A stretch of DNA of 62,240 nt, counting the filler, from Choristocarpus tenellus KU-1152 (taxonomy: Eukaryota > Protista > Phaeophyceae), in NCBI GenBank assembly GCA_964200185.2. It is 12 parts of 12 records of this genome, joined end to end, with 100 filler letters (N's around TTAATTAATTAA, not from the genome) between each part and the next. Parts side by side here need not be neighbours in the genome. Positions count along the whole stretch, not along the records: positions 51,192 to 58,017 come from CAXNAD020007261.1; positions 58,118 to 62,240 come from CAXNAD020016104.1; 10 more parts are not named here. One strand, written 5' to 3'. Below, in pieces: positions 52,428-62,240 of the stretch. A model generated the notes under the pieces. That model searched no databases, had not been told where the DNA came from, and saw only the letters and a list, made by a program, of their open reading frames with translations. The position numbers and the translations under genes are program-made. Numbering within the stretch: position 1 is the first letter of the stretch; every line of letters begins with the position of its first letter.

Positions 52428-53804
52428 TCTTTCAAGTTCCAGCTCCTCGAGGAACTGGGAGAAGAGTTAACCAACAGGACTGTAGGCACATTTGGCGTGG
52501 TGAATGCTGGTTGACAAGCCATGGAACATCCAGGATGGCTTGTGCTTGTAGTTGAATACAGCAGAGTGCATTGTTACAATTTGATGCTTCAATGAACATT
52601 GCACTCTGAAGGCTCATAATCTCTTCTTAACTTGTACCACTCCTCCCCTCTCCACCTCCCCCTACTCCCTTACGGACACAAATTTTATTGGTGATTCCAT
52701 ATTGTGATTTGAACGGGACCAGCCCTTGTGACTGCACACGTATCATAGTTCCAAGAGAAATATCTGAACCCCTTATCCTGATATACAAGCTTGTGATGTA
52801 TCAGGATGGATGGCAGCCTGCTCTACTCCTATTATAAGGGACATTTTTTTTCGGACATTACAGTAGGCAATAATTGTTACTCCTCCTTTGTATTAGAACC
52901 CAAACCTCTGTTCTCGGATCCTTTCCTCTTAGAGCATCCCTCTTGGGTAGCCACGGTGTACACAGGCAGGGAGTCAAGCTGAACCTCACCCCTGAGGGCC
53001 TGTTGTCAATGTTTTGACGTCACTGTGTCAAAGTAAACGAGAGGTATTTGGAGTTTCATCTGAAGGATACTGACATAGATAGATGTGTGTGTGTGTTGTT
53101 TTTGTACAAATTTGTTTATATATATACATGTAAGATTTTCTATACTGTGTCGGAAACGTTTTAAACAATTGAGAAATAAACGCTCTCAAGTCAAACTCAG
53201 AACTTCATCAAGAAAAAATATGGGTGAATGGCGTAAGATTGAAAACAGACTTAACATACAAATCGGGCAAAACCTGGGTACCTCTCGTTTACTTTGCCTC
53301 ACTTCCACAGGGCAAGCAAGGCTACCCTCAACCTCACGATTGGCGGGTCAAGTGCATGGACTCCAGGAATCTACGGCAAAGCTGTTGTTGGGGCGTTATT
53401 GATAACCTTTCTTGGCTGGACCACTGCAGTCAAATATTGTCTTGTGCGTATGGTACTGCTAGCAGACTGCTAGGGCGTGACCGTAACAGCAAGAGAGGCA
53501 GGCGCACAAAGTGATCAATACTGGAGGGTGTATAGGTATCTGCCCTATGACCAGTTCTGGTTCTCATGGCCATATCAATTGTCCCAACGGTATATACCAT
53601 GGTGTTTGTTACCTCAAATGGAGAAAGGAGTTTGATCAACTAGTTGGATACTTCTGCCGAGCTCACCTCTCTGTGCACAACGAGAAGTCTTCTGGGGTTT
53701 ATTGCTGGTTTTGCCTGAGTTAGTCTTCTGATGTTGAAGTCGTCAATGCTGGCACCTGTCAATGGTGTGAAAAAATCTTTAGTATCTACAAAAGACGTGG
53801 TATA

Positions 53805-53999
53805 GGTTCAAAGTATCTGTGTGTGTGTGTATGTGTGGTGGGGGGGGGGGTTCACACCAGGGTGTTCATTCGGGCCCTCATCAGGAAAAGTGCAATTACA
53901 TTACTCATCCGAGCATACAACCAAATCGCCCAAAAATTGCGACATGGAAAATGGGCCCCGAATGGACAACCCTCACCCCCCCCTCAGATACACTGAGCC
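53805..53999 (+). mobile_element. MITE family B
   Basis: Colinear with 6536-6712; TG expansion inside the left TIR. Confidence 0.8.
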
Positions 54000-55063
54000 C
54001 TAGACTACTTTTATTTCGAGTCCATCGACTATATCTCTTGTACAGTCCGTTTGGTTGGAATTCTGATCAATCTTCAATTCTCACTCCATGCCACGTTCAG
54101 ATAAATACAGTCTATGTTTTATGTACGTTGTACAGCGTATAAGTTGAGATCTGCTAGTACTGACTGTAAGGCTTTGTATAGTGCAGAACCAGAATAATTC
54201 AGTTCCTTATAAACTTCAGATGAGTGGAGAATACATCGTGTAAGCGACTGAGGTCAAAGGGGGAGGTGTCGGAAGTATTTGATTTTTTTAGGTTATCCTC
54301 ATCCAGACCTGTGGTGCCACGTATTCCGAAATCAACTTTTATCTCCCTACATATATAGCAACACTTACGTACCTATGTATGGGTTGTTGTGATTGGCCAG
54401 GATGAATTCTTCGCTGTGGGACTTTTGAAATGGAGAAAAGAGAATTGGATTGATACAGTCCACTGAGACATGGCAGAGAGGGGGAGAGAGGGAGAAAGTC
54501 GCAATTACTGATGTATGGAATAAATTATTGCATCCTTTGGGGGGGGAATGGTTCAAACATTATTGTATTTGTCAACTATTGTTATTGTTATGTAGTATAC
54601 CTGTATATAGCGATGTGGACTAAGATACTGTACTGCTAAAGATCATTGGGCGGAAAAATAAAGGCAAGAGAGGGTGTTCCTACATGACATCCTTGTGAAA
54701 CCCAACAGACAGAAAAAAAATAAGCTCGCGTTTTAGATGCAGAGACAAAGATTACGCGCTTGGACTTTTCCCAACCCTCTGCCCGTGTTTTAGTTTTCTC
54801 CTTCACAACATTCTCTTGTAACTTTCAAGGTTTGTTGTAAATAGAGCCACTACATATTAGAAATATATATACCGGTTCCATCTCAGCTTTGGATGAGGGC
54901 ACAACCTACCCACAGAGAGTTCTATTTGTTTTCTCCCCTTCCTTCACATTATCAGCTCTAGTCCATTAGTGTCATGCTGGGTCACACCAACACAGGGAGC
55001 TGGCCATTGCTTCAACACTTGAGTACTCTGGAGCACTAAAAAGAGTAAACCTCCCGTGGATAT

Positions 55064-55319
55064 GACTGAAAGTATCTTAGAGGGTAAGAGGTTTGCCCTG
55101 TTTGCCCGTTTGGGACTTGGCTTCCCATGATTTTTTAAAGACATTTTACCTACTCCGAACTCTTTTGGAGTAGGTAAAATATTTATGTAATGAAAAGGTG
55201 TGTTCGAACGAGGGTATTGACACTTCCTAACAAACACGATAGCAGAAATCACATCAGAATCGGAGCATTGGATTTTTTTCCCCAAATGGACGCGACTCTA
55301 ACCTCTGATACTTTGGCTC
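55064..55319 (+). mobile_element. MITE family A
   Basis: Both TIRs present; flanks ATAT/ATCT. Confidence 0.85.
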
Positions 55320-56248
55320 ATCTTGAAAAGAGAAGCTTCCCTAAAGAAAACAATAAGCCCTGGCTCCAACATTTTTAGGTGTATGCTAACCCAACCATTA
55401 TCACTCTCGGAAAATATAACGCTCGCATAACACAACATAACGTTTAGCATTATGCACGACAAAGTGTTTTCTAGACAACTGATGCTGTAGAGAAAATGGC
55501 CAATAGCGCTGTCCTGGACAGCAAACATTATCGAGATCAAATAGCCCAGAACGCTGCCCCGGACAACGGGCAAATGACTCCAAGTGTTGTCCAGGACAGT
55601 GGAAGTTAATGATAATGATAATGATAATACCGAAAATACCACTGATAATATAATAATAAACCACTCCGTACACCTATTGACAAGGGGTGTTGCACACGTC
55701 AACATGGGGGCGGGAACGGGTTTAGGGCGATTTTTGCAAGGATCTCGTGATGGAGGGCTTTAGTATCCAAATTGTTTTCCTCTTCTTCACTTTTTTTTGG
55801 CTCAAAATGTCACAGGTATACCCGTTCTTGTCCACAGGCCTCTGTTTTCATGCTGTGTAGAAGAGTTTTATGTGGTTAGTCTCTTTTTGGCGGATGATTT
55901 TGATTTTGTTGTCTCTTGGAGACAAAGAAGTTACGACGCAATGTATATATTGTATATGCAAGAGTGTCAACGTAGCTAGCAGCGAATGCATACTTTCTAG
56001 AGGGTGGTTGTGAGAATGCAATCAACAGAGATGACAAGTAGAAACAAATCAATTCACAGTCGTGTAACTCAGTTAAGGTCAAGCAGAGTACGTCAAAGGA
56101 ATGCACGGGTCATCTTTCAGCTTTCTCAGACCAGGCGAGGGAGAATACCACGATCTATGAACTACTCCAGAGTATATTCTTTATAATATGATGGACTACT
56201 ACCCATTTCTACTTTTTTTTTTTCTTTTTTTTTAGTTTAGAAATTGTA

Positions 56249-56328
56249 CCTATATAAGAGAGGTCGATATAAGAGAGAGTGAATTGCCTTGCCACGACTT
56301 TTCACGCTATAAGAGAGGTTTCGGTGTA
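56249..56328 (-). mobile_element. Pogo/Tigger-like terminal repeat
   Basis: Minus strand reads TA|CACCGAAACCTCTCTTATAG with three ATAAGAGAG subterminal repeats; partner end not found. Confidence 0.45.
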
Positions 56329-56562
56329 TTCCTGCCAATTCTCTCTTGTATCGAGCGAGCTTGCATTTTCTTTCGCTAACTTGATCGAGGGGTTTCCCAA
56401 AAAGCCATGTCTAAAGTTAGCCAAAATATAACAAAGTAAGGTAAAACCTGCTCGAGACCAGCAGTACACAGCCTAGCAGCCTGTTGTCTCTCAGTACTGC
56501 ACAGTACAGTACACACAGTATATCACATCGAGTTTAGACGACCGCATTGTACAAAGAAAACG

Positions 56563-57420
56563 ATGCCCTGTGCATCGGGATCCTGCTGCAACATACAGGG
56601 TAATACTCCTGGTCCGCCATACTATACATGCCATAAGTGTTGCGTTTGTAGTGGCTATCCTCATGGCACTTGTGGCATCATGGATCCTTTTGGCGCCAGC
56701 AAAATGAAACGTGCGTGCAAATCATGCGTGAGCCCCACCAAGCGCAATGATTCAAGTCCTCCAGCCGGTGACAACACGGCATCGAAGCACCACAACAACG
56801 AGAAAGGTCAACATCCTCCCTGCCCCCATCCAAGCAGAGCGGACCTCAAAGTTTGGCAAAACTACTTGTACCTCAAACAAGTTCACCTCCAGCACAGACA
56901 AATCTGTTGAGAACATTGATGAGCTGACACGTATCTTGCAGCGCTTGAGTGTCGACCCGAGGAACAGCAATGTTGATGAGGATCTCGATGCTCTTGACCC
57001 TCTACACCTCAAACCCCGCGGAAAACCGTCTCAGGCTTCCATTGACGCAGTGAGAGTGTGGATCATTGTGGAAGACAACGATCAAGTGGTCAATGCAATA
57101 CTAGAGGACATGAAAGACCAGCTGCTTGAGGAATCCTTGTACCAGTCAGACAATGAAAGCGCAGGTGACAAGGATGACGATGCGTTTATGGGAGGGGGCA
57201 GCGCATTGGGGGTTGTGAGGAAAGGAGCAACCTCTTCTTCAGTATTCTCGACTCCTCCATAGCGTACACTCAAGTAGCTGACGAGCTTGCAAGCTTAGAA
57301 ATGTTGAAGAGTGCAGCATGAACAATGTTTCGTACTATCTCCGGAAAGCAAAGCTACCTTGGTTCAGCACAATCGGATCAAGGACAATCAAACAAGCGGA
57401 CATCCCAGTTTTCTGTGAAC
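56563..57420 (+). pseudogene. Internally deleted pogo-like transposase remnant with Cys/His-rich N-terminus
   Basis: MPCASGSCC...HKCCVCSGYPHGTCG...CKSC, then an acidic region (WIIVEDNDQVVNA) and YYLRKAKL...TIKQADI tail; frameshifted; no DDE core seen. Confidence 0.4.
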
Positions 57421-57429
57421 ACAGTGACG

Positions 57430-57990
57430 TAATCCGAAACATTTCAGAGTAGCTAAGATGTACACAATTATGAAAGGCGTATCCGGAGCAAGGATGTTGG
57501 CATTTGCTGACAAACACGATAGTCAAAATTACATCAAAATCTCAACATTGGATTGATGACCCTGAACGGATGCGGCCCTACAATCTTTTTTCTTTATAAA
57601 TTGCGTTACATTCAAGCATGTTTTTCAGTGATGAAATTGACCCAACAATTGAAAAGGGTAAGGTGAAGAAGAAAATTTTCTTTAAGGATGTGGAGAAGGG
57701 TAAACATCTCTTCCTGAAGATCGCCATGTTCTCCAAGAGTGTTACCCTTAACAGCGGTGTTGACAACCAAGAAAAGAGTGAAAGTACCTTAGAGGGTACT
57801 AGTTTTGCCCTGTTTGTCCATTTGGGGATTGGCTTCTGACAGTTTTTTTTCATGGCATTTTCCTACTCTGAAATGTTTCGGAGTAGCTGTAATGTATAAA
57901 ACCATGAAAAGGTGTGTCCGGAACAAGGATATTGACACTTCCCAACAAACACGATAGCCAAAATTCATCAAAACTCGCCACATTATTGGA
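57430..57990 (+). mobile_element. Two partial MITE family A copies (57430-57580 and 57776-57990); a MITE B end follows at 57989-58017
   Basis: Shared core AAGGATATTGACACTTCC...AAACACGATAG.CAAAATT. Confidence 0.8.
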
Positions 57991-58131
57991 GGCTCAAGGT
58001 ATCTGGGTGGGTGGGTGNNNNNNNNNNNNNNNNNNNNNNNNNNNNNNNNNNNNNNNNNNNNTTAATTAATTAANNNNNNNNNNNNNNNNNNNNNNNNNNN
58101 NNNNNNNNNNNNNNNNNCTGTCCATTTGGAC

Positions 58132-58441
58132 CCATCTGGGGGGGGGGGGGGGGGGGGTCTACACCAGAGTTTCCATTTGGACCAAAACCAGGAAAAGTGC
58201 ACTTTGATTATCCATCCAACGTATGGGACTAAATTACCCAAAAATCGAGACATTAAAAAATGGCCCCAAAAGGACAGCCGCCATCCCTCCCCCCTGATAC
58301 TTTGAGCTTTGGGGTCAGTTTTTTCATGTCGCGATTTTTGGGTGATTTGCTTGCATTCGTCGGATGGTTACTGTAAATGCACGTTTCCTGATTTTGACCC
58401 GAATTGACACCCTTGTGTAGATCCCCCCCCCTGCTGATACA
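58132..58441. mobile_element. Two abutting, oppositely oriented MITE family B copies (58132-58307 plus, 58308-58441 minus)
   Basis: Homology to 6536-6712 on opposite strands. Confidence 0.75.
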
Positions 58442-59059
58442 CTATAGATACCACTGGTGGATTATGTGATATAGGGTAGAGAGCCAGTGACAGATATATT
58501 ATATGTACTGACTCATAATGTTGATTGGCTATATCATGTTCAAGATACACTTTCTATACTTAAGATAAGTAAACAAGTAATTCATAGTAAATTAGTATGG
58601 ACGATTACAAACCCCACACTATATAGAGTAATGATGGTAATTAAGGCTAGAGTCTCACCCACGAGCTTAGTCAGCAGAATCGAGACCACAAAGGCCCTTG
58701 TAATACAAACTTTGTTCATCTATATCAAGCTGTTCTTTGTCCTTCATTAAAGCACCATAAAAGCCGGGGGTTCAGTGTGGGATAGTTCAACTCCTCCCAG
58801 ATACTTTGGGTCAGAGTAAGATTCGAAATGCAAACGTAACCTTCCAGAAGAAATGTCATTTCCTAGAAGTTGCAGAATAAAGGTTTATGATTGGAGTATG
58901 TATATAGCAGTTTGCAGATGTCTTTTAACTTATAGTCTGTAGAAATCGGGTGGATGATGATAATATAAGAGTGCTTTTGAGGACCACCCAATGCACCTCT
59001 TTCATTCTCTTATCTTGAGTGAAACATTAAGTCAAGCATTGAGCTAGGCACTGAGTGAA

Positions 59060-59190
59060 GCATCGAGATAAGAGTACCTGACACCCCAAGTAGCTATCAA
59101 CCGAGGACACGACCCTAAAGCGTCGTTTTGAGATTGTTGGATTAGAGTTGCACATCCTGTGGAGGTGAGTTCTGGAGCATATTGTAACCT
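59060..59190 (-). mobile_element. Diverged fragment related to LTR family 2
   Basis: Minus-strand GTTACAATATGCTCCAGAACTCACCTCCACAGGATGT aligns with the start of the 61208 LTR. Confidence 0.5.
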
Positions 59191-59794
59191 CGCCTCATGC
59201 ACCAAACGTTTGATCAGACTAATCGAAATTTTAACTTTTTGCCGATTCAAGTTGTAGCCGTAAATATTTCAGATAATAATACTAATCGTCACGGTCGGTA
59301 ACACATCTTCGGGGGGGCGCTCTTGTCGTCACTATTGTTCCAAAGGGTGAAGATACGTCGCATACAGAGTACATTACTGATGTACATGATTGACGTTCCT
59401 GGCAGTCAGTCTTAAGATTATTCTTTGTACACCTCTACAGGTCATGAACTTTGACAATAAAATAATTCGTCCTTTCCACACGTCATGGACTTTGAAATTA
59501 ATATTATTTCCACATGTTCTCAAATCACAAATCATTAGTTGTGGCGTAGAGACAAGATTACTTGCCAGCAGCGTGATGTGTGAGCAGGACTTTGGTGTAA
59601 GCAGGTATGTAGCGTGCCTTATGTTTCGTCTCCGGACGTGGTTGGACTTCACAAACAGGGTTCACAGTGTTGGCTGAACATATATAGGTTGGCATTATGT
59701 GCTTCTCTGATCTATTCGGTGTGGTAGTGGATCCTGGGGGAGGAAAATGGATAGAGTTGTATATAAAAAGTGCAACGTAAAATGTATCCATAGA

Positions 59795-59866
59795 GCGGGT
59801 ATGGTCTAGAGGTATGATTCGGCATTCGGGTTGCCGAGGCCATGGGTTCGAATCCCATTATCCGCC
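59795..59866 (+). tRNA. trnP: tRNA-Pro(CGG), divergent but fully paired cloverleaf
   Basis: Acceptor GCGGGTA/TATCCGC; D-arm TGGTCTAGAGGTATGATT; anticodon stem CGGCA/TGCCG with loop TTCGGGT; T-arm ATGGG-TTCGAAT-CCCAT; C73. T6 terminator at 59869-59874 and TATATAAA about 35 bp upstream. Confidence 0.85.
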
Positions 59867-59950
59867 TGTTTTTTACCTCGCCTCTTAGTATTGTTCATGC
59901 GTTCTTTTTGTCGTCCATCCTTCTTGTCGTTAGCATTAAACTTACACTAG

Positions 59951-60389
59951 ATCGTGTGATTCTGTGGCGGCGTTATTAACTCAGGCAAGGGTGGTGAAGA
60001 GAATCACAGGGCAAGACGAACCAGACGGACCAAGGCGAACCATACTGAGATATGAGGTTAAGGTTGGACAAGTGCAAAAACTGCAACAACTTGCACAAAA
60101 TGTGGAGCCTGACAAACTGAGGATCTTGTGAGAGAGGATCTTGTGAGAGAGGATTATTAGAAATGTCAAGACGTTAGAACTAAATAATCTTTCATGTTTA
60201 ACATCTCTGAATGAAGAGTAGTCCCATGTCTTTGGAACTGTCTTCTTGAAGGGGTTCCATGGATTCATTCTCATGGAAGATCCTCCACTGGAATCAGAGA
60301 TTCCTGACAAGGAATCTCAATCGGTACAAGGGTATATGGTGTACAAAAATAACGGTATAGTAACAGACAAACCTGTTATAACCTCAACA
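59951..60389 (-). mobile_element. Diverged solo LTR, family 1
   Basis: Colinear with 36149-36559. Confidence 0.8.
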
Positions 60390-60478
60390 CCTTCACGGTG
60401 GGAAGTTTCCAACTCAACCATTCTATTTCGATGTCAGTTTTTTCTTGTTTTGATTGAATTGATTGCAATATTCACATT

Positions 60479-60925
60479 GGGCGGCTAAATAAGCAAGCGG
60501 AATATTTCCTGGATGAGCTAGCTACGCACACGGTAGGGGGGAGAGGGACAGAAGCCTACAGCAAAAAAGGGGCTGTCAAATCACGTCTACAACAGATAGT
60601 CTCAGTCACAACGCAGGTAGCTCTATCTAGATGTGTCATGCATTTTAAGTTGGGAGACACCAGGGAGATGGGCAAGGAGGGGCTTGTTAGATTCTTGGGA
60701 TGCTTCCCTACCTCCTCACCCTGGGGTACAGAACTAGGCTAGGTTGGATGCACAGGAAGGCAGTGGTGCAGCATAGCTGGTAATAAAATAGTAAATAGAT
60801 TAACGCCTTTCACATCCACGACAACTAACTGTTACTTCTTACGAGTTTTTCTGATATGTGAACAGATTTTATTGGTTTTTCCCTGACACATATGCAAAAT
60901 GTCAGAGGGCGTAATAATAATAAAA
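60479..60925 (+). mobile_element. CRE-like non-LTR 3' fragment with (AAT)n tail
   Basis: GRLNKQAEYFLDELATHTVGG...KGAVKSRLQQIVSVTTQVALSR; ends GCAAAATGTCAGAGGGCGTAATAATAATAAA. Confidence 0.8.
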
Positions 60926-61207
60926 CTATTTTCCACACTACGAATATGTAATACTTCTAAATAGAAATACAATATATATATAATTTTTCTGACATGTAAA
61001 CAATTTTCAGTGGTTTTCCCTGACACGCCTGCAAAATGTGAGAGGATGAAACAATAATTATATATATATAAAATTAGAGGTTTATATCTATAGTTATTAT
61101 TATTCTTGTTATTATGCCCTCTGACGCTTTGCAGACGTATCAGGGGAAAAAACAATGAAAAATATTCAAATGTCAGAACAACCCCTAAAAAAGTGACAGA
61201 GTATACC

Positions 61208-61627
61208 TGTTACAGCACGCTCCAAATCTTACCTCCATGGGATGTATAGCTCCAATCAACAGGCCTATAGATGGCGCTGATGCTTGTGCAGGACTCCAAG
61301 AATACTCCAACAGTCAAAGGTCCAACAAGGATGATGAATATCAGGCCAGCAGATAAGGGTACTCTTATGAATCGATAAGCACGAATATAATAATTGGTAT
61401 CAGTTAAGAGTGAGCCATGTGGGGCATCTTGTCATCATTTACCGTTTTTATTTTTGCAGACGTTGAAATACATCTGAGAACCGTTGCATACATTCCCAAG
61501 TAAGTGTTACTGATCTTACTCTGCAACTTTTAGCAAATCGGAGTTCCCCCTTCTGGTTTCGCACGCGCGTACACTGTTCGCACTGGTTAAGGCGCGGGAA
61601 GAAATACTTGCGCTATCGCTTGTAACA
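61208..61627 (+). mobile_element. Solo LTR, family 2
   Basis: TGTTACA...TGTAACA; homolog of 8744-9166; TSD not preserved (TACC/TATT). Confidence 0.8.
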
Positions 61628-62218
61628 TATTTACAATAATATAATGAAATCTGCAATCTACAAAATGTCAGAGGGCATAATAAATACTATATGTTCCAAT
61701 TGCTATCATACCAATTTATTACTATTTTTTTGTATTTCCAGATATCAATACTGTTTTTCGTCCAGAGTACTGTTACTATAACTATGCACATCAATACGGG
61801 TTTTCTCAACATCATTGAAAGACCATCCAAATGCTCATGCATCACAAAAAAAAACGAATGCTTATCCAAGAGAAACTCAAACACAACTAGGAGAACAGTT
61901 ACATCATCCATCCATCCTAAAATTACATCAGAAAATGGACATCGATTAGCACTACAATGCTCAGTAGATACATATAATTGCCTACATAGTACAACTCTCG
62001 GATATAACCATTCAGTCGACCAAGAACACCTGCACCTATTGTTAGCAAAAGTGGTACCAACAGCTTACCCCTCTGGAGAAATCTTGTTTTTTTCACTGTA
62101 TTGCCACAAGAATAATACAACAGTATATTTATTAAATAAAAACTCATAATAGGAGCTTTTGAAATGTTTATGTACGAATGTCCTAACGTTGGTGAATGGG
62201 AACTATGCCTCGATCAAA

Positions 62219-62240
62219 TACCCAAAGTATCTGGGGGGGG
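62219..62240 (+). mobile_element. MITE family B terminus; others at 7888-7907, 10520-10544, 39368-39390, 58793-58812
   Basis: CCCAAAGTATCTGGGGG; most coincide with contig breaks. Confidence 0.8.

Noticed and set aside
51600-53760. Coding-looking stretches at 51608-52150 and 53310-53640
   Set aside because: No recognisable motif and no consistent splice chain; cannot be supported.
2876-58117. Recurring TTAATTAATTAA within N runs, and apparent gene neighbourhoods across them
   Set aside because: Artificial linker; contigs are not known to be adjacent, so no cross-contig cluster (e.g. CCD with the methyltransferase) is claimed.

Overview
Eukaryotic, intron-rich genomic DNA, not prokaryotic. 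It is 12 unrelated contigs joined by 100-bp artificial spacers (44N-TTAATTAATTAA-44N), so adjacency across spacers means nothing. Gene and transposon content suggests a stramenopile alga, probably a brown alga (inference). I rebuilt six partial host genes by hand from frame-compatible splice sites: a carotenoid cleavage oxygenase 3' end, a DHHA1 plus tandem CBS protein, an RD/RS-rich protein, a stand-alone OvoA-C-like (ovothiol-type) SAM methyltransferase with a probable mitochondrial presequence, a RanBP2-zinc-finger/F-box-like protein and a ferlin fragment. There is also an intact but divergent tRNA-Pro(CGG). The rest is largely decayed transposons: an intron-containing Sola-like transposase pseudogene, two MITE families sharing an AAAGTATCT terminal core, chromodomain Gypsy pieces and solo LTRs, CRE-like non-LTR 3' ends, and pogo/Tc1-like remnants. 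The most notable patterns are about 4 GC donors among 23 host-gene splice donors, strong gene-body CpG depletion around a CpG-rich bidirectional promoter, dense short interstitial TTAGGG tracts, and minisatellites abutting splice sites. All family assignments come from motif recognition; no database searches were run.
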